Assembly: GCA_965203175.1 (NCBI GenBank)
Contig: OZ241867.1
Span: 3,520,001 to 3,584,000 of the forward strand
Direction of reading: 5' to 3'
Source: Candidatus Latescibacterota bacterium
GTDB lineage: Bacteria; Latescibacterota; UBA2968; UBA8231
Length of the DNA stretch: 64,000 bases
Shown here: positions 9,000 to 18,682 of the stretch, piece after piece
Layout of the letters: every line of letters begins with the position of its first letter
How positions within the stretch are numbered: position 1 is the first letter of the stretch
Made by a program: the position numbers and the translations under genes
The notes under the pieces: generated by a model
What the model was told of the DNA's origin: nothing
Databases searched by the model: none
The model's input: only the letters and a program-made list of their open reading frames with translations

Positions 9000-10538
9000 A
9001 TGGCCCTAATTGACATTGGCACCACCCGCCAACTCTTCATTGACGACTACCTGATCGAAAGCCTCCTGCACGCCCGACGGGTGCTAAATCCGGCGCGAAA
9101 GTCGTCCCACAACCCCATCTTGCCCGTCGATCAGCCTTGGGAGGGCACGTACAATCAGGTGAACTACGTCTATTACGACGAAGCCCAACACCACTTCAAG
9201 ATGTGGTACACCACGTGCCGCTACGTCACCCGCTTTATCACCGACCCAGCCTCCAAAAGCTACAACTGCGTCAAGCCTCTGCTAGCCGAGGGTAGTATGC
9301 GCCCGTGTCTGGCCACGTCGCAAGACGGCATCCATTGGGAGAAGCCCGCGCTCGGCTTGGTGGAGTTTGCCGGATCGCGCGCCAACAACCTCCTCCCGTC
9401 TGCGGACGCGGTCAAATACATCTTCCGCGACCCGCACGACCAAGACCCGGCCCGGCGTTTCAAGGGGCTGGTGCGCTACGGCGACAGCGATCCCGCTCGC
9501 GTGCACCAAGTCGAAGAAGCATCAGATATTTACTATACGAAAGCGCCCCACTGGATCGACGATCTCGAAAGGCGAGGAGTCGCGAGCACCACTATATGGG
9601 ACCTCTACTATTCGCCCGACGGCATCACTTGGACGCCCTGCTCGCACAACCCCGTCATCGCGAGCCCACCGCGAGCGCCGCTGCTGGCTGGGCCGACTCG
9701 CTTTATGTGGGATCCCATCCGCGCAACGTATGCCGCCTATACCGAGCCAAGCCAGCACTCGCGCAGTACCGATATGGAGCGCCATGGCCGCACTGTCGGC
9801 CGAGCTGAGAGTGCCGACATGATCCACTGGGACCTGCCCGAGACCGTCATCGTCCCCGATGACCACGACCCGCCCGACGCGCAGTTTTACTTCGCCACCT
9901 TTAGCGCATACCAAGGCAACTACCTCGGCCTGCTCGACGTGTATCGGCTGAATTCCGGCGCGATCTACCCGACCCTAGTCTTCAGCCGCGACGGCATCCA
10001 CTACCAGCGCGATTTCCGCGCACCGGTTATCGAGCTAGGGGCCGCAGACGCTTTTGACGCCAAGGAAATCTACCCGCTCTCTCCCATCGTCCACGGGGAC
10101 CGAGTGTTGCTGTACTATTATGGCTGTAGTTCCGGGCACGACATGGGGCCGATCTACGATGAGCCGCAAGGCGGAGAGGAGATGCGCGCTGCGATCGGCC
10201 TAGCCATCCTGCCCATTGACCGCTTCGTCTCCATCGACGGGGGCAAACAGCCTCCGGGCGAGCTGACCACCCGCAGCTTTACCTTTGCCGGCAAGCAGCT
10301 ACATCTCAACGTATCCGGCCGGGTCCACGAAATGGCGGTGAAGGTGCAGATCCTCGGACCGACTAGCCACATCATCCCCGGCCATACCTATGAGGACGCG
10401 GACCCGATTACCACAGATGGGCTAGATCACATTGCGACTTGGAACGGCAGCGCGGACCTGAGTCATCTGGAAGGCAAGGCGATCAAACTGCGCATCTTGC
10501 TCGAAAAGGCTCGGCTCTATTCCTTTTGGTACAACTAG
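9000..10538 (+). CDS. Five-bladed beta-propeller glycosidase-like hypothetical protein
   Basis: RQLFIDDYLI, repeated SxDGIxW Asp-box-like motifs, NPIL/NPVI. Confidence 0.75.
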   Translation: MALIDIGTTRQLFIDDYLIESLLHARRVLNPARKSSHNPILPVDQPWEGTYNQVNYVYYDEAQHHFKMWYTTCRYVTRFITDPASKSYNCVKPLLAEGSMRPCLATSQDGIHWEKPALGLVEFAGSRANNLLPSADAVKYIFRDPHDQDPARRFKGLVRYGDSDPARVHQVEEASDIYYTKAPHWIDDLERRGVASTTIWDLYYSPDGITWTPCSHNPVIASPPRAPLLAGPTRFMWDPIRATYAAYTEPSQHSRSTDMERHGRTVGRAESADMIHWDLPETVIVPDDHDPPDAQFYFATFSAYQGNYLGLLDVYRLNSGAIYPTLVFSRDGIHYQRDFRAPVIELGAADAFDAKEIYPLSPIVHGDRVLLYYYGCSSGHDMGPIYDEPQGGEEMRAAIGLAILPIDRFVSIDGGKQPPGELTTRSFTFAGKQLHLNVSGRVHEMAVKVQILGPTSHIIPGHTYEDADPITTDGLDHIATWNGSADLSHLEGKAIKLRILLEKARLYSFWYN

Positions 10539-10590
10539 TGGGCTGGGCCGCGTTACCCGGCGCTCAGAATCCACAGAAAAGGAGCTATCT

Positions 10591-11544
10591 ATGGCGAATA
10601 TACCTGTTGGATTAATTGGCTGCGGCGGCCGTGGTCGCGGCCACGTGCGCGCCCTGCACGCGCTGGAAGATGTCGAGTTGGTCGCTGTCTGCGATCCTGT
10701 TGCGGCAAACCGCGAACAGGTGGGCGACGAGTGGAGCGTCGAACGCCGCTACGCGGACGTAAAGGCCATGCTCGACGCCGAGGAATTGGCCGCGGCGATT
10801 GTCGCGACTCCGGCTCATCTCAACGCCGAGGCGGCCCTGCCGTGCTTGGAGCGAGGCATCGACACCCTGCTGGAGAAGCCTCCGGGTATGAGTTTGGACC
10901 AGACTCGCGCTCTCAAAGAGGCCGCTGAGGCCAGTGGTGCCCGTGGCATGGTCGGCTGGAATCGCCGCTTTGATCCGTTGGTCTTGCAGGTGCGCGAGGA
11001 GATTGAGTCTCGCGGCCCGATCTATCAGCTAGTCGGCGAGTTCCACAAGAGCATGAGCGGTTTTATCGCTGGTGGCCGCTTTCCCGAAATCGTCATGGAC
11101 AACATGCTGCTCGAAAGCCCGATCCACGCAATCGATCTGGTGCGCCACCTAGGTGGATCCCCGGTCGCCGAAGTCCACAGCTTTGTCCGGCGCGCATCCG
11201 CCTACAAGGACGTCCACGCTGCCTTGGTCGTCTTTGAGAACGACTGCGTCGCCCAGATCTGCGCCAACTACACCACCGACGCCCGCCTAGAGCGCTACGA
11301 AATCCACGGCCGCGACATCTCGGCCTATATAGAGGGGATTTCTACCTGCGAGTTGGTCTGCGACGGGGAGCACAAGCACTTGCAAAAGGAGGGTACGGAC
11401 AGCACCCTAGCACAGGCCACCCACTTCTTCGACTGCATTAAGGCCGGTCGTCCCATCGGCCCACCGGCTGCGGACTTGGACGAGGCCATGGCTACTATGG
11501 AACTCGCTACGGCTATTTTGGCGGGCCTGCGAGACGACTCTTAA
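10591..11544 (+). CDS. Gfo/Idh/MocA family oxidoreductase
   Basis: GLIGCGGRG, LLEKPP and GWNRRF motifs. Confidence 0.9.
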   Translation: MANIPVGLIGCGGRGRGHVRALHALEDVELVAVCDPVAANREQVGDEWSVERRYADVKAMLDAEELAAAIVATPAHLNAEAALPCLERGIDTLLEKPPGMSLDQTRALKEAAEASGARGMVGWNRRFDPLVLQVREEIESRGPIYQLVGEFHKSMSGFIAGGRFPEIVMDNMLLESPIHAIDLVRHLGGSPVAEVHSFVRRASAYKDVHAALVVFENDCVAQICANYTTDARLERYEIHGRDISAYIEGISTCELVCDGEHKHLQKEGTDSTLAQATHFFDCIKAGRPIGPPAADLDEAMATMELATAILAGLRDDS

Positions 11545-12223
11545 TCGCTCCCCAGGATACCTCTGTTATGGCTGTAGCCAACCGCACGGCCTCAACGGTG
11601 AAACTACAGGCGATGTCGTAGAAGAGCTGGTCGCCACTGATGCGGACGTGGGTCCACACGGCTGGCAACCCGATGATCCCGGCCTCGTCGGCCGCGGTTG
11701 GCCAGTGGACCACGCCCGATCCCGCCCGCGACCACAACCCGCTGTGCCCGACGCCGCCCAACTCCAGCTCATAGGTCCCATCCGCCCGGAAGATCACGTG
11801 CCCGGCCAGCGTCCCATCGGCAAAATTGACGATGCCCCATTGTCCCAACAGTTCGTCGCCTAGTTCCTGTGCTGGTCCTAGGGCGAGAGCCGGTTCGGCT
11901 CCCCAATACAGGCTGTCGCCTACCACTTGGAAGGGCACGGTTTCGCTTTGCTCGGCCAGTATCCCGCTGATGTCTGCGGCGTAGCGCAGGGTCACAACGC
12001 CGTCCGCAACCTCGTACCGACCCCGGTCTTCCGCCACCGGCCGCTCTGGATCGTCCCGGAGTGCGACGCGGCGGAAGCGCCCATCGCTATTGAATTCGAC
12101 GTACAGATGCTCTATGGATGATCCCCACTCGGCCCGACAGCCCTCCCAAGCACCTACTACGCTCGACTGTGCCCAAGCGGTACCGTTGAAGAGTAACAAG
12201 GCGATGCAAACTGTTGTGCGCAT
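11513..12223 (-). CDS. Secreted hypothetical protein with two beta-repeat domains and a C-terminal SWGxIK motif
   Basis: Signal peptide MRTTVCIALLLFNGTAWA; duplicated (V/L)(V/L)GxW...F.xDG(R/T)(F/Y) units; ends ATAITEVSWGAIKSR. Confidence 0.75.
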   Translation of the reverse strand: MRTTVCIALLLFNGTAWAQSSVVGAWEGCRAEWGSSIEHLYVEFNSDGRFRRVALRDDPERPVAEDRGRYEVADGVVTLRYAADISGILAEQSETVPFQVVGDSLYWGAEPALALGPAQELGDELLGQWGIVNFADGTLAGHVIFRADGTYELELGGVGHSGLWSRAGSGVVHWPTAADEAGIIGLPAVWTHVRISGDQLFYDIACSFTVEAVRLATAITEVSWGAIKSRLAGPPK

Positions 12224-12303
12224 GGTAAAATCTACCTCCGTTCCGCGTTGGTTGCCGACGATTGACGCCATGTCCTAATTAGTGATCTAAAAGGAGATTT
12301 TCG

Positions 12304-13101
12304 ATGTCGTTCGAAGGTAAAGTAGCTCTCATCACCGGTGGCGCGCGCGGCTTGGGCCGCGCTTACGTCCTCCATCTGGCCCGCTTGGGCGCGGACATTG
12401 TCATCGCCGACATAGACCTGCAGGCCGCGCGCGAATACGGCGAAGAACTCACGGCCGAGACCGTGGAAGCCGAAGTCGTCCAGCTCGGTCGCCGCGCCGT
12501 GGGCGTTGCCGTGGATGTTACCGACCGCCCAGCCGTAGATGCCTTGGTCGCCGAGGCCCTTGATAACTTTGGCCGCATCGACATACTCGTCAACAACGCC
12601 GGCGGCAATTTGCGCTCGCACGAGGAACAAGCCGCCTCCTTGGCTACGGAAGACCACTACCGCTACATAATGGACATCAACCTCACCGCCACCATCCACT
12701 GCTGCCAAGCGGTCAGTGCGGCGATGAAGAAAGCCCAGTCCGGCAAAATCATCAATGTGGCCTCGCAAGCGGGCTTGTGGAGCGGGCGCGACGGCGGCGG
12801 GATGCCCTACAAGGTGGCCAAGGCCGGCATCGTCCACTACACGCGGGTGCTCGCCGCCGAGCTAGGCCCTTATGGCATCCACGTCAACTGCATTGCCCCA
12901 GGCCTAATTTTGTCGTCCCGCGCCGTGGCCCAAGGCCGCAACAGCGAGGAATCGCGCCGGCACTTAGAGCCGCAGATTCCCCTTCGACGTTTGGGCACGC
13001 CCGAGGATTGCGCTCGGGTGGTGGAGTTTCTGGCGTCCGATCTCTCGGATTACGTCACCGGCCAGTGCATTCCCGTGTGCGGGGGCTTTGTGGCGTTTTG
13101 A
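12304..13101 (+). CDS. SDR family oxidoreductase
   Basis: TGGARGLG, NNAG and YKVAK catalytic motifs. Confidence 0.93.
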   Translation: MSFEGKVALITGGARGLGRAYVLHLARLGADIVIADIDLQAAREYGEELTAETVEAEVVQLGRRAVGVAVDVTDRPAVDALVAEALDNFGRIDILVNNAGGNLRSHEEQAASLATEDHYRYIMDINLTATIHCCQAVSAAMKKAQSGKIINVASQAGLWSGRDGGGMPYKVAKAGIVHYTRVLAAELGPYGIHVNCIAPGLILSSRAVAQGRNSEESRRHLEPQIPLRRLGTPEDCARVVEFLASDLSDYVTGQCIPVCGGFVAF

Positions 13102-13107
13102 TAGCTC

Positions 13108-13557
13108 TCACTCCTCGGGCCGCCTGATGCGCGCTACGAGTCTCATCAGGGCGAGCCGCTCAAAATCGCGTGGATCGTCGGTGCGAATTAGAAAATCTCC
13201 CTCTACGCGGCGCGTTTCCCCGGCGCTGAGGATTACCGGTTGCCCAAATGGTATAAACGCGTCGATTAGAAATTCCTCTTGGTCGAAAAACCGCAAGTCG
13301 TAGCGCACCCATACGGTTTCTTCCCCGACATTGCGAAATACGGCTGCAAAGATTCCCCCGAATTCCGCTATTGACCCGAGTCCCGGCTGCGGCAAAAACG
13401 GCAACCAAGTCAAGCTGTCGATCGACACGCTGCCCTCCAGCCCCTCGTCCTCGACAAACTCCACCTCGCTGCGCAGCACGTCCACCGCGCCACTTGGTCC
13501 GTCCTGTGCGGCAAAGCACCCGACCAGCAACAGTACTAGGGCGATTCCGATGCTCAT
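13108..13557 (-). CDS. Hypothetical lipoprotein-like protein
   Basis: LLLVGC lipobox-like N-terminus; fills the gap convergent to the SDR. Confidence 0.6.
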   Translation of the reverse strand: MSIGIALVLLLVGCFAAQDGPSGAVDVLRSEVEFVEDEGLEGSVSIDSLTWLPFLPQPGLGSIAEFGGIFAAVFRNVGEETVWVRYDLRFFDQEEFLIDAFIPFGQPVILSAGETRRVEGDFLIRTDDPRDFERLALMRLVARIRRPEE

Positions 13558-13633
13558 GGCTTGGTCCCAATTCTCGGTTTGCGTCTGTATTTCTTCGTGG
13601 TGTTCTTTAGAAACTGATTATGTACGGACTTCT

Positions 13634-13668
13634 TAGGTATGGGATGCTTCGCTTCGCTCAGCATGACA
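13634..13668 (+). repeat. Dispersed 35-bp intergenic REP-like repeat, copy 1
   Basis: TAGGTATGGGATGCTTCGCTTCGCTCAGCATGACA; 34/35 identical to 53195-53229. Confidence 0.85.
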
Positions 13669-13697
13669 AAGAAAATGCGTAACTTCATAACAATGCT

Positions 13698-15794
13698 ATG
13701 AAAAAACCCCAGTTAATCCAGTGCCTAACGCTAATCCTGATCGCCGTAGCTGCCCGCGCCGACGATCCTGAACCCCGCTACCAAATGCCCCCCATCGAAG
13801 TCACGGCGACGCGCGCGCCCCGCGAGGGATTTGACCTGCCGCTCGCCACGGCCGTGGTCGCGGATGTCGGGCGCGCCCGACCCGGCCTCTCGCTGGCCGA
13901 GTCGCTGCGTCCGGTGCCTGGGCTGTTTATCGCCAACCGCCACAACCTCTCCCAAGGCGACCGGCTCAGTGTGCGCGGCTTAGGGGCGCGCGCGGCCTTT
14001 GGCGTTCGCGGGATCAAGGTCTTGCTCGACGGTATCCCCCTGACTATGCCCGACGGCCAGAGCCAGCTCAACAACCTCGACTTGGGGTCAACCGGTCGCA
14101 TTGAGGTGTTGCGCGGCCCCAGCTCTTCGCTGTACGGCAATGCGGGCGGCGGCGTACTCGCAGCCCACACCCAAGCTCCGGCCGAGGCGACTGGGCGCGT
14201 GGAGCCGCGCTTGATCGCCGGCAGCAACGGCCTGTTCCGCGCGCAGACGAGCCTTGCGGGACGATCCGCTAACACCCACGCGTTCGCCAGTTTGTACGAC
14301 CTGCGCAGCGAGGGCTACCGCGATCACGCCGATGCCCGCGCCCGCGGCCTCAACGCACTCGTCGGCCATGCCCTCACTCCTAATACTGAGCTGACGCTTC
14401 TGCTGCATTTGTACGATGCTCCTTACTTGTTCAATCCGAGTTCACTCGCTGCGGATGCTGCCCGAGATGCTCCACGCAGCGCGCGTGGATTTGTGGTAGG
14501 GCAGGGGGCATCCAAGCAGGTGCGTCAGGGCCAAGGCGGCATTCGTCTCGAATATCGCCCGCCGCACTCACAGCACCATCGCGCGTCGAGCCTCGTGCTG
14601 TACGGCGTTGGCCGCGCGCTCAAAAATCCCATTCCAGGTCGCATTATCGAGCTTGACCGCCGCGCTGGTGGCTTGCGCACTGAGCACCAATTTGCCTGGA
14701 CCAGTATGCGCCTCGTGACCGGCCTCGACTTGGACTTCCAGCGCGATGACCGCCGCGAGTTTGCCAACGAGGGCTTGCCTGAGGGCGAGCGCGTGGACGA
14801 TGAGCGCGTCTTCGATCTCGTGCAATACGGCGATAGCCAAGTGGATCAGGAGGAACAGGTGCGGAGCTTCGGTCCCTTTGTCTCCTTGGAACAGGACTTG
14901 GGTGATGCACTGACCGCGACCGTAGGAGGCCGCTACGACCGCTACCGATTTGCCGTTGATGACCAGTCGCGCGACATGGATCAGTTCAGTCCGATGGTCG
15001 GCGTGGTGTACCGCCTTGATCCCTTCTCGCGCTGGTACGCCCATGTTGCCACGGCTTTCCAGACGCCCACCACCTCTGAGTTGGGCAACCGGCCTAGCGG
15101 CGAGGGTGGCTTCAACCCGGATCTAGGCCCTGAGCGCGTCCTTGGGTTGGAGACGGGATTGCGCCGCCACGTGCGCCGGGCGCGCATGGATCTGGAGGTA
15201 GCCTTGTACCAACTCCAGATCACCGACGCGCTGATTCCCTTTCAGGTCGAGAGTGAAGACAGTGAGGAGATTTACTTCCGCAACGCGGGCCAAGCGCGCA
15301 ATCGCGGGCTGGAACTGTCGCTTTCGGCAGTGCCGCATTCTGGGTTGCGGGCCGATCTCGCGTACACTTTTAGCGACTATGTTTTTGAAGACTACGAGGT
15401 TGAGACTGACGGTGAACTTGTTCAGCTTGCTGGCAACGAGGTGCCGGGCGTGCCGCGCCATCGGCTCTTCGCCGCGCTGAGCTACGACAGTCCGCAGGGC
15501 CTGTTTGTGGAGGTCGAATCAGAGCGGGTCGGTCGCTATTGGGCCAACGATTTCAACGGCCCTCCGCCCGGAAGTGACGCCGCGTCCGACGAGTTTTTCA
15601 ACTGCGCGTACCTGCGGGTCGATCTGCGCTTGGGGATTGACTATCGCGCAGCGAGGCCGTTTGTCGCGGTCGATAACCTGTTTGATGCCCAATACAACGG
15701 CTCAGTGGTTCCCAACGCCTTTGGAGGGCGCTTTTTCGAACCCGCTGCGGGCCGCACTTGGCGATTGGGGCTTAGCGCTGCGGTTGGTCGCTAA
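13698..15794 (+). CDS. TonB-dependent receptor
   Basis: Signal peptide, IEVTATR TonB-box region, plug motifs SVRGLG and RIEVLRGPSSSLYGNAGGGV, C-terminal NLFD...GRTW. Confidence 0.93.
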   Translation: MKKPQLIQCLTLILIAVAARADDPEPRYQMPPIEVTATRAPREGFDLPLATAVVADVGRARPGLSLAESLRPVPGLFIANRHNLSQGDRLSVRGLGARAAFGVRGIKVLLDGIPLTMPDGQSQLNNLDLGSTGRIEVLRGPSSSLYGNAGGGVLAAHTQAPAEATGRVEPRLIAGSNGLFRAQTSLAGRSANTHAFASLYDLRSEGYRDHADARARGLNALVGHALTPNTELTLLLHLYDAPYLFNPSSLAADAARDAPRSARGFVVGQGASKQVRQGQGGIRLEYRPPHSQHHRASSLVLYGVGRALKNPIPGRIIELDRRAGGLRTEHQFAWTSMRLVTGLDLDFQRDDRREFANEGLPEGERVDDERVFDLVQYGDSQVDQEEQVRSFGPFVSLEQDLGDALTATVGGRYDRYRFAVDDQSRDMDQFSPMVGVVYRLDPFSRWYAHVATAFQTPTTSELGNRPSGEGGFNPDLGPERVLGLETGLRRHVRRARMDLEVALYQLQITDALIPFQVESEDSEEIYFRNAGQARNRGLELSLSAVPHSGLRADLAYTFSDYVFEDYEVETDGELVQLAGNEVPGVPRHRLFAALSYDSPQGLFVEVESERVGRYWANDFNGPPPGSDAASDEFFNCAYLRVDLRLGIDYRAARPFVAVDNLFDAQYNGSVVPNAFGGRFFEPAAGRTWRLGLSAAVGR

Positions 15795-16740
15795 CTGTAC
15801 TCGCCGTCTTGCGCAATCGGCACACGAAAAATCCCTCCATCCCCCTCAGCGGCAAAATCCGCTTAGCCCGCTGCACTTGGGCATCAAACGCCTTCTTTCC
15901 CCGCCACTGGCTCAGGCCCGGTGCCACATTGTCAAAAGGCAGCGCGATGTCCTCGACGGTTAGGGCACCGGCGAACTGCCTCAGCACTCGGTTGATGATG
16001 GCCTCGTTTTCTTCGGGCGCGAAGGTGCAGGTCGAATAGACTAGCACTCCGCCCGGCTTGAGGCATTGCACGGCTGAGTAGCAGAGTCTCCGCTGTTTGC
16101 GGCTGGCCTCGGCGATCTTCTTCTCACTCCAGTAGGCATAGGTTTTGGGCGCATCGGCGCGGAATCGCCCTTCGGACGAGCACGGCGCGTCGAGGAGCAC
16201 GCGGTCGAAGCGCTCTGCATGGCGACGCCAGAAGCGGGTGCCGTCGGCGAGATGGGTTTGCACGTTCTCGGCTCCGTGCCGCGCCAGGTTATCCCGCAGG
16301 CGAAAGAAGCGGCCGCGCACGGACTCCACAGCCCAGAGGCGCCCTTGATTGCCCATTAGTTCGGCGAGCTGCAAGGTCTTGCTGCCTGGGGCGGCCCCGA
16401 GGTCGAGAATGCACTCCTCGCTTTGCGGTGCCAGGAGGATCGGCGGCACCATGCTGGAGGGGTTTTGGATGTAGAGCCGACCTTCGCGGTAGGCTGCGCA
16501 CTCGGTGAGGGCGCGGCGTTGGGTAGCCGGGACGACAAAGGCGTCGGTTTTCCAGGAAAGCGGCGTCAGCGCAAAGCCCTCCGCCGTTAGCTCGGCCACG
16601 AGCGCGTCAGGCGTGCCCTTGAGTGCGTTGGCGCGGAAGGCCGTAGGCTGCTCGGCGGCTAAGCTCTGCCAGCAGGCAGCAAAGTGCTCGGCTGGGAGGA
16701 TGGCCTGTAAGCGGTCGCGAAAGGCTTCCGGTAGAGGCAC
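15772..16740 (-). CDS. RsmB/NOP2 (RsmF-like) RNA m5C methyltransferase, short form
   Basis: LDLGAAPGSKT, LLDAPCSSEG and VYSTCTFAPEENE motifs. Confidence 0.9.
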   Translation of the reverse strand: MPLPEAFRDRLQAILPAEHFAACWQSLAAEQPTAFRANALKGTPDALVAELTAEGFALTPLSWKTDAFVVPATQRRALTECAAYREGRLYIQNPSSMVPPILLAPQSEECILDLGAAPGSKTLQLAELMGNQGRLWAVESVRGRFFRLRDNLARHGAENVQTHLADGTRFWRRHAERFDRVLLDAPCSSEGRFRADAPKTYAYWSEKKIAEASRKQRRLCYSAVQCLKPGGVLVYSTCTFAPEENEAIINRVLRQFAGALTVEDIALPFDNVAPGLSQWRGKKAFDAQVQRAKRILPLRGMEGFFVCRLRKTASTVSDQPQR

Positions 16741-16745
16741 GGTAG

Positions 16746-17573
16746 CTACCTCGGGGGCATCTTGTCGCCGATCGGCACGGGGTGATTGATCCAGTAGCCG
16801 CTCGGGTCGGTGCCGCGGCAGATATAGCCGTGGGCGCGCTTCTCCTCACGGGTGCGCACCTCGGGCGGCATGTAGCGCAGCGTCAGGCCGCAGCGGCGGC
16901 GCGTGGAGCGGTTGGGGGCCGAGCCGTGCAACAGTAGGTCGGTGTGCAGGGACATCTGGCCGGCGCGCATGGTAAAGGCCACTGGCTCGCCACCCCATTG
17001 GAGCGGATCGTGCACGCTCTGCCCCAAGACGTTTTGCTCATCGGCGGTGCTGTGCTCAAAGGGAATCTGGCCGTGCAAATGCGAGCCGGGGACCACGGTC
17101 ATCGGCCCGTTTTCTTCATCCACATCGTCGATGGCCAGCCAAGCAGTCACCACCTTGCTCGGGGTCAGCGGCCAGTACGAGGCGTCTTGGTGCCAAACGA
17201 CTTGTTTTTGGTCGCCCGGCTCCTTGCAAAAGTAGTGGGTCATAACGCTGACGAGGTCGGGGCTGAGGAGGTCTTCGACGTAATCGAGAATGCGCGGCTC
17301 GTGCAACAAGTCGTAGATGCCCCGGCAGTGGCGGTGCCAGCCGTTGATTGAATAGCTGTTGTGCCCGTTGGCCTGGGCCTCGGCCATGAGATTGTCGAAA
17401 TAGCGGCGATTGGCTGCGGCTTCCTCGGGCGTGAATACGTCCAAGGGGCAGATGTAGCCTTGTTCGTTGAACTGGCGGATCTGGGCGTGGGTGAGTTTTT
17501 GTGGGTTGTCGTTGGTTGCGCTGAAAAATTTGAGCTCGCGCTCCATGTCGGGGAGGGCGTCGGTGATGGGCAT
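16746..17573 (-). CDS. Phytanoyl-CoA dioxygenase (PhyH) family protein
   Basis: WHQDASYW HxD motif, VPGSH, LHGSAPNRS..RR. Confidence 0.9.
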   Translation of the reverse strand: MPITDALPDMERELKFFSATNDNPQKLTHAQIRQFNEQGYICPLDVFTPEEAAANRRYFDNLMAEAQANGHNSYSINGWHRHCRGIYDLLHEPRILDYVEDLLSPDLVSVMTHYFCKEPGDQKQVVWHQDASYWPLTPSKVVTAWLAIDDVDEENGPMTVVPGSHLHGQIPFEHSTADEQNVLGQSVHDPLQWGGEPVAFTMRAGQMSLHTDLLLHGSAPNRSTRRRCGLTLRYMPPEVRTREEKRAHGYICRGTDPSGYWINHPVPIGDKMPPR

Positions 17574-17659
17574 GGCGTTCTCCTGTTGAGTTTTGGCGAG
17601 GCGGTGAAAGCTCTATTTTACAACGCGCAAATTTTACGCAAACGAACAAGGAGCACAAA

Positions 17660-18682
17660 ATGACTCAGTACAAAGTCGGTGTGATCGGCTGCGGCAATCG
17701 CGGTCGCCGCCACGCCGAGGGCTACCAAGCCTCCGCCCAAGTCGCAATCGCAGCCTGTGCCGATCCAGTGGAAGCGTCCCGCGCGTCCTTTGTCGAGGAC
17801 TTTGCCGTGGCATCTTCGTACGAAGATTACCGCGCCATGTTAGCAAGCGAAGCCCTCGATGTAGTGAGCATCTGCACGTGGACCGGCCTGCACCGCGAAA
17901 TGGTCGAGGTCGCGGCCGCAGCCGGCGTCAAAGCCATCCACTGCGAAAAGCCCATGGCCAGCACGTGGGGCGATGCCAAGGCGCTGGCGCGGGCCTGTGA
18001 TGACCGTGGCGTGCTCCTCACCTTCTGCCATCAACGCCGCTTTGGTGCTGTGTTTGTCAAGGCCAAGCAATTGCTCGACGCAGGAGCCATAGGCACACTC
18101 CAGCGGCTCGAGGGCGCGTGCTCCAACTTGTTTGATTGGGGCACGCACTGGTTTGACATGTTCTTCTTTTACAACGACGAAGTGCCCGCCGAATGGGTCA
18201 TGGGCCAGATTGCCGTCGAATCCGAGAGCTCGGTGTTTGGCGTGCCTCTAGACACCAGCGGCCTGTCGTGGATCCGCTGGCAAAATGGCGTCGAGGGCCT
18301 ACTCTGCACGGGGGCCGCGCACGTGCAAGGTCCGCGTAATCGCCTCATCGGCAGCGAGGGCATCATCGAAGTCGGCGGTGCGGAGCGCGCACCGTTGCGG
18401 CTGTTGCGCGCGGGTGCGGCGTGGCAGGACTTTGCAGATGAAGAGATCGCCGATGTCGTGCCGCCGGGCGACGACACCGTGCTGTCGGTGCTCGATCTGA
18501 TCGACTGTCTCGAAAGCGGTGCGGAGCCGCGCCTGTCGGCGCGCAAGGCCCTGCAAGCGACCGAACTGATTTTTGCCACCTATGAGTCGAGCCGCCGCCG
18601 CGGCCGGGTGCTGCTTCCCCTCGACGCGGAGGACTCGGCCCTGATTACCATGCTGGAAGAGGGACAGGTCGGGCCGGGTTAG
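17660..18682 (+). CDS. Gfo/Idh/MocA family oxidoreductase
   Basis: GVIGCGNRG, HCEKPMA and HQRRF motifs. Confidence 0.9.
   Translation: MTQYKVGVIGCGNRGRRHAEGYQASAQVAIAACADPVEASRASFVEDFAVASSYEDYRAMLASEALDVVSICTWTGLHREMVEVAAAAGVKAIHCEKPMASTWGDAKALARACDDRGVLLTFCHQRRFGAVFVKAKQLLDAGAIGTLQRLEGACSNLFDWGTHWFDMFFFYNDEVPAEWVMGQIAVESESSVFGVPLDTSGLSWIRWQNGVEGLLCTGAAHVQGPRNRLIGSEGIIEVGGAERAPLRLLRAGAAWQDFADEEIADVVPPGDDTVLSVLDLIDCLESGAEPRLSARKALQATELIFATYESSRRRGRVLLPLDAEDSALITMLEEGQVGPG

Noticed and set aside
8415-9258. Diversity-generating retroelement TR/VR pair
   Set aside because: Only 43 bp, mismatches are not confined to adenines on either strand, and there is no reverse transcriptase in the window
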